A DNA stretch of 64,000 nt from Octopus sinensis (GCF_006345805.1 NC_043014.1:21080001-21144000), one strand, 5' to 3'; counted from the first letter of the stretch, positions 50,250 to 63,389 are shown. Made by a program: numbers and translations. The notes: generated by a model not told the origin, from the letters alone.

Positions 50250-51455
50250 GCGCGGATTTTTTCAATTGCATGAACTAAAAGTCGGAGGGGGACGGGATAA
50301 TCTACCTGCATCAATTTACTATAAAAGCGGCTAGTAATGTTATTCTTAGTGCAAGTTTTGAAGAGTGCAGTTCGGTTTTAACAGTTATTTTTTCAAAGCC
50401 ATAATGGAAGTGACAAAGGAACATATTCGGTATATTTTGCTTTATGAGTTCAGTAAAGGCAGTAACGCAACGGAAAGTGCGAGTAATATTAATGCAGTAT
50501 ATGAGAATCGGATAATAAGCGTAAGCCAGTGTCAACGGTGGTTCCAGAAATTTCGAGCCGGAAACTACATCCAAGAAGATGAGCCCTGTCCTGCAAGATC
50601 TGTAGGGCTCGACGAGGATGTCCTGCAGAAAATCCCACAGTAACTGTTGAGGAACTAGCAGAGAAGCTTGGATTTGGTCATTCAACCATTCATCGACACC
50701 TGCGTGCCATCGGAAAAGTCAGCAAACTATGTCAATGGGTTCGTCACAAACTTTCCTAGTCTAATTGCGCGCAGAGAGTGAATGCGCGCCCTTTGCAGTC
50801 AAGTCTAATTAATGAACCTTTTTTGGACCGAATAGTAACTGTTGACAAGAAATTGGTTCTCTATAAAAACGTCAAGCACCGAAGAGAGTGGGTACAGAAA
50901 GGAGAAGCACCGGCATCCCAAGTTAAAGAAGGACTTCACCCACGTAAGGTGTTATCTGTTTGGTGAGATATGAAAGGTTTAGTCCACTTTGAACTTTTAA
51001 ACCGAAACAAAACGATAACAAAAGAGATCTACTGCGAGCAGCTTGAGCGGTTTAGGTCAGCGTTAACAGAAAAGAAAAAACATCTTTGGTTTCAAGACGA
51101 AAGGTGTTCTCCCATCGGGATAATGCTCGGCCACATACAGCGAGGATGCCATTTCAAAGCTAGAGCAGTTTGAATGAGTAATGCTACCCCACCCGCTATA
51201 TTTACCGAACTTTGCCTCCATCTGATTATCATTTATTCCGCAGTCTTCAAAATCATTTGGACAGAAAAAATATGAATTCTCTAGACGATGTCAGAACAGT
51301 ACTGGAAGAGTATTTTTGTTAGGGACAAGTGAATTTTGGAAGAGGGGACTTGCAAGTCATCCAGATAGATGGAAGAGTATTGTAGAAAATGAAGGAGAAA
51401 TTATTTAATTTTCCAAATTAAAAGTATAAAAAACGCATTATTTATGGTGACACAA
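50250..51455 (+). mobile_element. Mariner (DD34D), second copy of the 31140 family
   Basis: MEVTKEHIRYILLYEF..QCQRWFQKFRAG, EPFLDRIVTVD, LHPRKVL. Right TIR gcattatttatggtgacacaa plus TA; left TIR truncated. Confidence 0.88.
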
Positions 51456-51491
51456 TATATATATATATATATAATATATATATATATATAT

Positions 51492-51523
<32 letters not shown>

Positions 51524-51606
51524 AATACATTATATATATATATATAATATATATTAATATATATATATATATATATATAATATTATATATATATATATAT
51601 TATATA

Positions 51607-51639
<33 letters not shown>

Positions 51640-51848
51640 TGTGTCATCCCATAAATATATATATATATATATAACTCCAAGAAAGTTAGGGGTTGTAGGT
51701 CCAACCCACTAAGGGATAATATCTATCCAATATACTATTGGTATAATACCCAATTATTAATACACAAGTGTTTTTATTGCATTGCAATATATCATACAGT
51801 TAATATGGTTGTTTCAATATTATTCTACCAACACACACACACACATAC

Positions 51849-51910
<62 letters not shown>

Positions 51911-52314
51911 AACAAACACATTAACATTTTCAATTATTTATGTTCTATTTACAATTATTTTTGCTTCATCGGTTTTCAATCAACCAACCATAACCGAGAC
52001 AATGAAATTCAAAATTGCTAACCAATTAGATTAAGCAAATGATTTAAATAATCTTTCCCCAATCCCCGTAAGATTTAAACCACTAAAATATTAATAAATA
52101 ACGAAAAGAAAGATCACTATATGTATGTATGTTATTAGAATTATCATTTTAATAAATAAATAAGTTAACATAAGATAAATAAATAAGTTTGAATGGTGGT
52201 GCCCCAGCATGGCCACAGCTCGTGAGCTGAAACTAGATAAAATAAAATAAACATTTTAATGTCCTAAAGATGATGAACCAACTATTGTTCTTCTCCATTT
52301 TCTTATTTGCAATA

Positions 52315-52348
<34 letters not shown>

Positions 52349-52349
<1 letters not shown>

Positions 52350-53220
52350 CTGATGCATTTTGGAAGAAATTCCTCACTAAAACAACCATACTCTCTTCCT
52401 TCAGGGGAACCGCTCACAGCCTCTAACAATATCAGAGACCTGGGTGTAATTGTTGATGACGATCTCAGTTGGAGTGCACACATCAACAAGAAGGTCGATA
52501 CAGCTCGTAGGATGAGTTCCTGGATCTTAGAACTTTCCGGTCCAGAGAACAAGGTGTCATCATACCACTTTTTTCATCCTTTGTACGGCCACACCTTGAA
52601 TACTGCTGCCCACTGTGGTCTCCTCACACAAGACAAAACATCTCCAGAATTGAGTCACCCCAGAGGGCTCTCACTAAACAAATTGAAGGCATGGCTGCTC
52701 TCAATTATTGGGATCGCCTTAAAGCCTTGAAACTTTACTCCCTCCAGCGTCGCCGTGAGCGGTACATCATTTGTACGATGTGGAAAATATACCGCCAACT
52801 TTGCCCAAACGACCTAAACATTAGCTTCAAGGTTCATCCGAGACTTGGACCACGGGCTATACGTCCCCTGCCAAATTCAAGATCACAACATACATGTACA
52901 CTGCAACATAATTTCTTTTCCTCAACAGGCCCTGCCCTAACATTGTCCCGAGGGAGATCAAAGAGGAAAAGGATCCCATCAACTTCAAACAGAGTCTGGA
53001 TAGATTCCTTCAAAGAATACCAGATAAGCCACCCATAATTGGATACAACTCACCCAACAAGAACTCACTACTTGAACAAAACTGGATACAACTCACCCAA
53101 CAAGAACTCACTACTTGAACAAAACTTGACTTAAACAGGATTCGAATAATCCTATCAGGTGGTGCTATTAAGTTAGACATGGCCTGGACCAATCTCTGGT
53201 CGAAAATATAATCTAAGTGT
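52349..53220 (+). mobile_element. CR1/L2-group LINE 3' fragment
   Basis: MHFG..IRDLGVIVDDDLSWSAHI; YWDRLKALKLYSLQRRRERY; FKQSLDRFL..IPD. The 3' UTR ggtgctattaagttagacatgg is shared with the next copy. Confidence 0.85.
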
Positions 53221-53247
53221 ATATAAGTTATATATATATATAATATA

Positions 53248-53284
<37 letters not shown>

Positions 53285-53585
53285 GATATTTCAATTAACC
53301 TGAAGATTGACTGTAACCATAACTCGAATATTACGAATTGTACAGCTATGAAACGATCGTATTTTTACTCTTATCTTTTATTAAACTTTTAATACTTTTG
53401 ACATATATTTAAAATAATATAAATTAATTAATTTTATGTATTGGCTTATGTTTTTCATTGTTGATTTGCCTAATAGTGGTTTTATCTCTAATTTATATAA
53501 TATAATATAATATATTTTACTATAAAATTAGATTTAATCCTAAATCTGATTTTTTCCTGTAAGTTTGGATTTATTCCCTAATATT

Positions 53586-53633
<48 letters not shown>

Positions 53634-53810
53634 TATATATATATACATATACCTACATACATACATACATACATACATACATACATACATACATACATAC
53701 ATACATACATGCATGCATCCATACATACATACATATGCATGTGTGTGTTCATATGCATACATACATACATACATACATACATACATACATACATTTATAG
53801 GCCTATATAA

Positions 53811-54745
53811 ACAACATCCCCAATGTCATCAAACACAGCAAGCTAAGAATATTCGCAGATGACTACTAGCTCCAAAAAGTTGGAGAAGATCGAACTAAAA
53901 CTCCCCTCAGTAAACCAATGGACGGACAAAAACCATATGCACTTTGGGAGTTGGGGGGGGAGACTGCTCTCCATCAATGATATTCTCCTCCTTCAGGGAA
54001 AATACTCACGACATCCAATGATATCAGAAAGGTAGGAGTGACTATTGACAACAGTCTCAGGTGGAGTGCCCACATCAACAATAAAGTCGATATGGCTCAC
54101 TTAATAAGCTCCTAAATCATCAGAACTTTCCTGTTCCATGTTATCATTCTCCTTTTCACATCTTTTGTACGACCACACCAAGAATACTGCTGCCCTTATG
54201 GTCTCCCTACACCAAAGAAATCTTTCTGGGGATTGTGTCAGCCCAGAGAGCTTTCACTAAAAGAATAAAAGTTAGGACCGATCTTGATTATTGGTCCCGC
54301 CTTAAAACATTGAATGTTTATTCTCTCCACCACTGCGTGAGTGCTACATCATTTGCACAACGTAGTGATATATCACCAGCATCGCCCAAATGACCTTAAC
54401 ATCAGATTCAGAATTCATTCAAGACTGGCGCCGCGTGCCATACGTTCCCCATACAATTCAGGATCACAATACATACATTCACTGCAACACAATTTATCTT
54501 ACTCAACAAGCCCTGCTCTATTTAACATTGTCCCAAAACAAATCAAAGAAAAAAATATCCCATTACTTTCAAGCGAAACCGGAGCAAGTTTCTTTTAGGG
54601 ATACCAGAGAAGCCACATCTACTTGGATACATCTCAGTCCACAGCAATTCCCTTGACTTAAAAACGACTAAAAATATCCTATCAAGTGGTGCTATTAAGT
54701 TAGACATGGTCTGCGCCAACCTTTGGGCAAAACATGTCTAAGTGA
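53811..54745 (+). mobile_element. Older CR1/L2-group LINE 3' fragment of the same family
   Basis: LRIFADD (FADD at 53852-53863); collinear with the 52349 copy; same 3' UTR. Confidence 0.8.
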
Positions 54746-54811
54746 TCGAAGTTATCTAAGATACATATATAGATACATCTAAATGCATACATATATACAT
54801 ACATTCATGCA

Positions 54812-54901
<90 letters not shown>

Positions 54902-54990
54902 AGGAGAATTCACAAAAAAAAAACAAAAGACAAAGACAGGTGATGTAGACAACAAACAGATATATTAGTATAACGCTCGGGAAGTGAAAA

Positions 54991-55034
54991 GTGTTTAACG
55001 TTTCGAGCCTACGCTCTTCCACAGAAAGGAACAC
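54991..55034 (-). ncRNA. Minimal hammerhead-like motif with a core substitution
   Basis: Minus strand: tttCTGTGGA-A-GAGC-gtag-GCTC-GAAA-CGT-T-aaacac. Stem II is perfect and the stem III region ACGT is palindromic. Conserved A6 reads T. Confidence 0.4.
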
Positions 55035-55974
55035 AGAAAGAAACAAAGAGAGAAAATAAAGAAAATAGCAATCTATCATATATATATGTATATATAAATG
55101 TATATATGTGTGTGCGTGTGAGTGTGTGTGTATAAATGAATACATACATATATGCATGTGTAAATGTAACTCTCACTCTCTCTCTCTCTCTCTGTATATA
55201 TATATATATACTCGTTGTCAAACGCAAGTCTTCACATATACACCAACACGCACTCGCTCACCTCCCCCTACCCCTCACTTCCACTCGTTCACTGGAAACG
55301 AGATTTAAAGTCGCCATGCAGCTCACGTGCTTGCATGAATGAAAGCAACAGTTGGCGGTTAATTGCGTGCCGCCAACGCCGCTGTATAAAGCCGCCATCA
55401 TCCAGCGTTCGAACTACACAGAGTAGAGAAGGGACAAAGGGAAAGTCTTCGACAACAAAAACAACAACGACAACGACAACGACGATGATGTCAATGTTGA
55501 TGCTGATGATGATGATAATGATGATAAAAAAAAGACAAATAAGAAAGAAGCATGACGTAAAACAAAAATACATCGAAGCGTCAATAAAAGGACAATAAAA
55601 AGATGGCGTGATGCTCTATCTGATGCCGATTCATTGCCAATATTATATTAATTACATCTTGGCAAAGCTTTTAAAGAAAAATACTATTTATGTCGATAAA
55701 TCAATTGGTTGGATTTAATTTGGTTTTCTTGTTCTTTACTTAAACTGATTTGTTTCGTCCCTCGCCCTCTCTACCTCTCCTTCCCTCCACTTTTCTCCCC
55801 GTGTTTCTCAATCTCCCTTTTCCTCTCTCTCTCTCTCTCTCTCTTGCCCCTCCCTCCTTTCTCTCTTTCATTGTTGTTATTCAGGAGTTGTAGAACGAGG
55901 AGGAAGAATCGGTGATGGCGGTGGTGAAGGTGGGAAAATGATGGTCATTTGCCTGCTTGATGATGATGATGATG

Positions 55975-56190
55975 AGTATGATAATGGTGGTGGTGGTGGT
56001 GGTGGTGGTGGCAGTGCTGGTGGTACTGGTGGTGTTAGTGGTGGGGGTTCTGGTGGTGATGGTAGTGCTGGTGGTAATGATGCTAATGGTGGTGGTTGTG
56101 TCCATAGCGGCGATGCTGGCGACAGAAGCGGCGGCGGTGGTGGTGGTGGTGGTGGTGGTGGTGGTGGTGGTGGTGGTGGTTTGGTGGTGG
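55975..56190. repeat. (GGT)n-rich low-complexity tract
   Basis: Direct reading. Confidence 0.9.
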
Positions 56191-56966
56191 GTGTGGTGGA
56201 TGTGGAGGTACTGCTGGTGGTGATGGTGATGTGTTTACCTAAATAAGGTATTCATTTCCATTATTGTTGCTGTGAATAATACAGGAACTCTTTAACCAGC
56301 CGATGTATTTGGTCGTTTTGAAATCTTAATCCTGTCATCATCTATCTATCGATGCAAAAATGAAATTAATCGCTTCTTACCGTTTCGTTATTAATACTAA
56401 CAAGCGAACAATAATGTTATTTAGTTGACTGATTGAGAGAGAGAGGGGGAGAGAGAGAAAGGGAAGGAGAAAGAAAGCAATAAGAAGAGGAAAATGGCTA
56501 AAGAGCATTACGATAATCTATATATGTATATATATGCGCGTGCATTTGTGTTCGTGTGTGTATGTTGTGTGTGTATGTATGTGTGTGTGTGTGTGCGTTC
56601 GCGTTCTTTTGTGTTTCAGTTTTCTTTTTTGTCTTTTGTTTACGAGCGATGCATTTTAGGTGATGGCGTTGACGAGGAAAATATTGACATGCAGACATTA
56701 GAGGAAGATGAAACTTCAATAAACAATAGATACTGAGAGGACGAAAAACAAGGAGAAAAAGAAAATAAAAAAGCAGCATGGTGTAGTTTTCTATCGTCTG
56801 CTTTTATAATCCCTTCTTTGTGGTTTAGTTAGCATTTGATGGCAATCGGTTTTCACTCAGCAAAATGAAGAGGAATTGCTAAAAAGTGAGAAAATAAGAG
56901 AATATAAAGAATTGACAGGAGTAAAATAGCTTCTGGGATGATTTTTTTCGTTTTGCTTTTCTTTCA

Positions 56967-57012
<46 letters not shown>

Positions 57013-57411
57013 TGTGTGTGTGTGAATGTGTTTCTTCCATTCTTTTGTATGATTGCTGTTTGTTTGTTGTTGCTGCTGTTGTCTGTATCTCGCCTTACGA
57101 TTCGTATTTTACCTGATTCTATTTTTTTTTATCTTTACGATTATTTTCTTTCACACGCAATAACTTGAGTGAAGCAAAATGAATCACACACACACACATA
57201 TACACACACACATATACACACAAACAAGCTCAGAGGACATACATACTCATGTGACATTCACACACCCACACGAACACAATACAAAACAAAACCAAGCAAT
57301 ATTGAGGTATAGGTGTGAGGGTGGAATCATCAAGCAAATAATTGCAAATGAAAATCATAATGTGGTTTTATTTTTTTAAGATTAAAGTTCTTCATAGTTT
57401 AGGAAAGAAAA

Positions 57412-57442
<31 letters not shown>

Positions 57443-58146
57443 AAAGAAGGAAAGAAAGAAAGGAAGTAAGAAAGAAAGAAAAGGCTGTACTAGTAGCAGA
57501 CGACACACTGATTATTATTAATGAACAGACAATAAACACATCAAAAGGTCTGGCGTAGAGCAGAAGGTAAGTGGTGCAAGCTAAAAGAATAGTCACTGCA
57601 CAAACACGCAGTTTCATTGCATTTCCTATCACTTCCACCCTTTAACGTTAATCCTACCTCGCACGCGACACTCAGGTAAGTAATTAGGGCTTGGTGGTGA
57701 AGTATATTGTATACTTGTTGATTTATCTATTTATCTGACTTTAATCCGACAATATGCGCTACTTTTCGTCCGATACATTATGACATCATTGAAAGGCGAT
57801 GCGTCCTGCATAGCCTTGGTGTGATGGTTGAAATAATGTAAAGTACTAATGAAACATCAAATTATTTGTGGTAAAAATTCTCCGTCTTTTTTTAATGATT
57901 GGTTGTTATCAATAATATATGTATGTGTTTGTGTTTGTAAGGGGAGTGGAGAGTTCTCAGCTTCTTGTGTTTTTCATGGCCTTTGTTTCTGGTTTTGTCA
58001 CTGGGAAGGAGTGGAAGTTGGTAGGGGTGGAGTGACCATCTGGCTAAAAAAACAGTTTGCTTTGCTATCACAAGGTTTTGAATTCGATCCCACTGCACGG
58101 CGGCGACTTGAGTCAACTAAAACCTTCTGAAATTAGGTAATCAGAA

Positions 58147-58252
<106 letters not shown>

Positions 58253-58277
58253 TATTATTATTATTATTATTATTATT

Positions 58278-58914
58278 ACAACAACAACAAGATCTGGAAA
58301 TAGGAAATTCGAATGTGAAGCCTAAAAACAAACACAATTCCTATCGTGGTAGGCGCATCAGGTATGATAAAAAATATTCAGACAAATACATAACAAAAGC
58401 ACCAGGACTAACAAGTATAAATAACATACAGAAAATAGCACTACTAGGCACCACACACATTCTACGCAAAACACTTTCAATACAGTGAAAATAAGAGCAT
58501 CATAACAAACCACAGCATCATAACAAACCACAGCACATACCCAAGGCACACAGAGCTGCACTCGGTAGTGCAGTGAAAGAACGTGATAAAAATAAGACTA
58601 CTCAATAATAATGAAAACAACAACAAGATCTGGAAATAGAGGTAATTCGAAAGTGGAGTCAACAAAGAGACACAATTCCTATCGTAGTAGGGATGATAAA
58701 AAAATTTCAGACAAATACATAGCAAACACACCAGGACACACAAGTATATATAACATACAGAAAATAGCACAACTAGGCATAGCATACATCCTACATAAAC
58801 ACTTTCAATAAAGAGAAAGTAAGAGCATCACAACAAACCACAGCACACCCCCAAGGCACACAGAGCTGCGCTCTGTAGTGTAGTGAAAGCACGTGATGAA
58901 AAGAAGACTATTCG
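58278..58914 (+). mobile_element. Two tandem, about 300-bp Dong/R4-type 3' fragments, each with an (AAT)n tail
   Basis: 58278-58612 and 58613-58914 each encode DLEI..TIPIVVG..MIKK..IQKIA.LG..HIL plus a 3' UTR. Confidence 0.85.
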
Positions 58915-58980
<66 letters not shown>

Positions 58981-60360
58981 TTCAATATTGTTAACTGGTC
59001 AATTACTGAAATATGTCAGCTCGACAGAAAAATAAGGAAACTGTTGACAATGCATAGAATGCACCACCCTAAGGCAGATACAGAACGACTCTATCTGCCA
59101 AGAAAAGAGGGAGGCCGTGGTCTTTTGCAACTGGCAATAACAATGAAGATTGCTACAATTGGCCTAGACACCTACCTGAAAACTCTGAGGACTGGATGTT
59201 AAAACTTGTCTCAAAACATGAAAACAAGAAAGCATCATACTCAGTCACAAAACAGGCAAAGGAATATCTAAGTGAATTCCGAATACAACCAATTTCGGAA
59301 TTAGAGATAGACATACAAGAAACAAGCACAGAAAAAGCTAGGCGCATGAAAACCCGTGCCAAAACTACGGCTTTAGATATTCTAAATAATAAATGGCAAG
59401 AAAAACCTCTCTATGGCAAATACCCAAAGAGAGCGAATAATGCAGATATCGACAAAGCCCTGACCCATCAATGGCTAATGGCCTCTGGCTTAAAATCTGA
59501 AACAGAGGGGTTTATCATAGCAGCTCAAGATCAATGCCTACCAACAAGAAACTACCAGGCCAACATATTAAAGAACGGCAGTAGCCCAACATGTCGTGTA
59601 TGCCGACAACAAAATGAAACCATTGATCATGTTGTCTCCAAATGCAGTCTTTTAGCGCCTACAGAGTACCTCAATAGGCATGATAGAACTGCACAATATA
59701 TTCACTGGGTAATTTGCAAAAACTTGGATTTGCCCCATGAAAAAAACTGGTGGGAACACAATCCACCTCCAGTGCTTGAAAATGACCACATCTCACTCCT
59801 CTGGAACTTCACCATTCAAACTGACAGGAAGATAAATGCAAATAGGCCAGACATCATATTGAAAGACTTCAGACAAAGAACATGCCTCCTCATTGATATG
59901 ACTGTCCCAATCGATATAAACGTATCTGTCTAGACCTACCAGAAACTGAGCAAATATAAAGATCTTCAAATAGAAATCAGCAAAATGTGGAACTTGAAGA
60001 CTAAAACAATACCTGTTGTCATAGCTGCCCTGGGAATGATAGCGAAAGGGACTGATTGCTACCTAACTCAGATACCAGGAAACCCCAAAATGGCAGAAAT
60101 TCAAAAGATAGTGCTCATGGGAACTGCTCATATCCTACGCAACATACTCTCTATGTAATCCCAAGGTTTAAAACAAACTTTTTTTTTATTTTTATTATTT
60201 TTTTTTTATTTATTTATTTTTTATGTATTAGACATTCACTAGTACAACCCCCCCCCCCAAAAAAATATATGGCACAGAACTTCCAACCTGTTATCTCTTG
60301 AGGTCTCTGGGTGAGACTTGGAGCCAACTTGTACAGACATAAAGCAAAAGTCAAACATAG
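58981..60360 (+). mobile_element. 5'-truncated Dong/R4-clade RLE LINE in (AAT)n
   Basis: LDRKIRKLLTMHRMHHPKADTERLYLPRKEGGRGL; CRVC..ETIDHVVSKC, RHD, NRPDII, IDMTVP, KLSKY, IPVVIAALG. ORF end at 60158. (AAT)n on both sides. Confidence 0.92.
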
Positions 60361-60819
60361 AATAATAATAATAATAATAATAATAATGTTAATAATAATA
60401 ATAGTAAGAGCACTCAAAGGGCGCAAACCTCCACCAAAGCAACACTAACGCCGGAGATGATTTTTAAAATGAGAATATCTGAAATAAACTCGACTGCTCT
60501 CAAAAACGAGAATACTTAAAATGAACCTGAGTGCTCTCAAAAATTAAGTTAAAAAAAACGGAAAAATAATCCTTGTCCGGTACATGATCGATCCCAATGG
60601 TAGTCATGGAATGGGAAGCTGGGTGTGCGGGCCGTGTTTGTAATGCTGTGTGTGTGTGTCGTCTGGGTAATGAAAATATTTGCATGACTTGAGCGCATAC
60701 ATGTCGATAAGTCTTGTGAAGTCACTATGCAAAAGTTTTGGAAATACAGGTTGAAATGCAACAAGAACTTCGGGAGAGAATCATAATTGAACATTAAAAT
60801 TATAATTGTAATGAAATGC

Positions 60820-61462
60820 ATACTGTAGCGTATTCGGAAAAATATGTATCTATAACATCTGCTAATATACACTCTGTTCTGTTGACCTACACGTGGTCCA
60901 ACAAAGTACCATAGTCTGTGGTGGGCACCTGCACATGCTGAATAAAGCCAAATTCCTTCATGATGGTCAAGATTTGGTGATGAGGGGAGTTAATGAGATC
61001 AATGTTAAAATCCTCAATGATAACAGTTAGGACATCTCTCGGTATGGATTGCATGAGGATTTGTAGCCTGGAAAGGAATATTGTTGTAGTCAAAGATGGT
61101 GGCCTGTTGAGAGTAATAATAATAACTTTAATACTTTTTTGTATATTTCGTGACCGCGATAGCTGTGTGTTCCAGTTGATTGGCTCCCAGGTTCTGCTGC
61201 GCTGCGATGAAATATCTTTTCTTGCAATCGTCATGACACCACATCCTCGCCCTGCTGTGATAGGCTTGTCTGCTCTGAAGCTGTTAGACAGAGGCAGGAT
61301 GGACTCAATCTGTTGCTGTTGCTTCAAGAATGTCTCCACAAAACAGAAGACATCTACTTGAAGGATTCCCTCATCTGCTTTTAGGTCGTCCTGGTGTTTC
61401 AAATAAGATCGAATGTTGAGAAAGCGAATGTTCGAAGGCATCAGTAGTAGTTGGTACAGCAT
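60820..61462 (-). pseudogene. Helentron AP-endonuclease domain relic
   Basis: LNIRSYLKH, DVFCFVETFL, GCGV, RPP, EDFNIDL, PTTDYGTLLDHV, DTYF. Confidence 0.85.
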
Positions 61463-61479
61463 TTAGTTTGGTGTTAGAT

Positions 61480-61800
61480 TTAGGTTCTTGACGGAACCGG
61501 TTCATTTCTCTAACTATAGATAGGATAATGCGGATATTGCTTGCATCAAATCCTAGGAGAAATAGACCATTCAGAGATTTGACCCTGCTGAGAGCAACAT
61601 GTGCCTGACCCGGCATGAATGTTCCCTTTCTTTCCATGAAGACAACGATCTTACCCAGAGTCTACCCTTGGACTTAATGAATTGTGCAGCCCCAAGCCAG
61701 TGAGAGTGGGAATTGAATTCGTTTTGCTTCAACTGATTGTCTGTCCCTTCCAGTGAAGAACTGTACATTAAACCAATGGTTATTGTCCGCCTACTTCTGC
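61480..61800 (-). pseudogene. PIF1-family helicase C-terminal motifs (Helentron)
   Basis: RIQFPLSLAWGCTIH*VQG*TLGKIVV and FMPGQAHVALSRVKSLNGL. Confidence 0.85.
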
Positions 61801-62048
61801 CTTGCTGGGATCAAATGTCATGTATCCAACTTGGTGTCACGGTATTTATGACTTTGATGTTAATGTCAAGCATATCAATTACAGCCTGTACTGCCTGGTT
61901 CCATTTCTGATGTCATTGATCTATACGTCATATTGTTGCAACTGTCTCTGATAGAGGCTGTGTGATTATACTGGCTGTTCTGTAAGGTGCAAGAAATTCA
62001 TGTAATTAGCCCTTGATTATGTTGTTTCAAGATGTTTTCTCGCATCTC

Positions 62049-62660
62049 CTAAACACTCATACGCTGACCATTGATGGCTGACAGGGACCATAACACAGTG
62101 TGAAAAAAACAGCTGCTGTCTCCAGGAACATCTTGAATTTTCAAGTTTTGCCTTCTTGTTAGATGTTCTAGTACCAGGCGATCGTTTCCTGATAGAAGAG
62201 TAGATGGCCTTTCACTCTGACCTTCTCCTTCCCCAGGATTCTGGATTACCGCTTCTGATTGTCTTGCCATGACAGCTCACAAATCCGCATCACCTTCCTC
62301 CCACCGGTTTTGCCATTCTGCGTTTTTTAATGTCTTCTCATACAAGCCAGACGCTGGTCCATTTGCTCCTTTGACTCAGCCTCTCTGTCTTTTCATTTGG
62401 CTTCTCACACAGACCAGACGCTGCTCCCCTTACTCATTTGACTCAGCCTCTCTTTGTGTTTTCATTTGACTTCTGATGTAGGCCAGTCACTACACCGTCT
62501 GCTTGGCTTCTTCATTTTCCCTCTGCTGTTAGTTTCTGCGTCTGTCTGAGGCACGTTGAATCTCCGCGGCCTCGGATAACTTCTGCTAGCGCAAAGGCCT
62601 CATGAACTTGGCATTCTGCTTTCGCCTTTCAGCTGAGCTTCTTGACTTGAATTTCGGCAT
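62049..62660 (-). pseudogene. Helentron N-terminus: charged EQ..RL repeats and an OTU-like protease fragment
   Basis: ATG at 62660 (MPKFKSRSSAERRKQ..), downstream of an acceptor-like ttttacag; repeats QREAES.E..EQRL; LKIQDVPGDSSCFFHTV resembles the OTU motif GDGNCFF. Confidence 0.65.
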
Positions 62661-63324
62661 GTCATCTCTCTCAAACACGCTGTAAAATTTAAAATATTGA
62701 ATAGCAATGCGCTTGCTGAGTTATATATTAGATTTGATAGGATATTTCTTGGAAAGATGACTCATCTCAAAGCAGCTGTTAAAAGTTTAGTAACAGTAAT
62801 AAATAGTTTATCCTTATTTAATACAAGCCAAAGTTAACAAATTCACCATTCAAAATAGTTTGAAAGTAGTAAAAACATCAATAATAATAATAAGTTCTAC
62901 TCAAGAATTTTTAAATGAATAGCATCAGATCTTTCGGTTTTCTCTTCTCTTAAATTCCATCCTTCCTTTAGTATTCATGTTGTTTTAGATCGATGTATAG
63001 AATAATGTATATATGTAAGTATACCGTAAAGTGTTAATAGGTATGTATAATATATAATATAATGGAGACAATAAAAAAAGACTTGAAAGTCAACGTAAGA
63101 TCGTAATACTTCATGTAAAGTAAATATAAGAATTAATCCACAATCCTTGTCCGGTACCGAATCGATCCCAATATATAATCAGTTCGTGCCAGTCACGAGG
63201 CCAAATATCCCTGAAACTTTCATGCGAATCCATCCAGCAGTTCTTGAGATATCTTGTCAACGGACAAACAAACAAGCAGACACGACTGAAAATTTAAAAA
63301 AACCTCCGTCTTCGCTAAGGTGGA

Positions 63325-63389
<65 letters not shown>

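Larger units (their letters stand above)
60406..63329 (-). mobile_element. Internally deleted Helentron (endonuclease-encoding Helitron) with both termini
   Basis: SubTIR acctccacc (60427-35) / ggtggaggt (63319-27); 5' palindrome 63302-63327; 3' hairpin 60410-60424; flanked by (AAT)n; coding relics listed below. Confidence 0.85.

Noticed and set aside
55938-56246. Gly-rich 102-aa ORF
   Set aside because: (GGT)n microsatellite translation.
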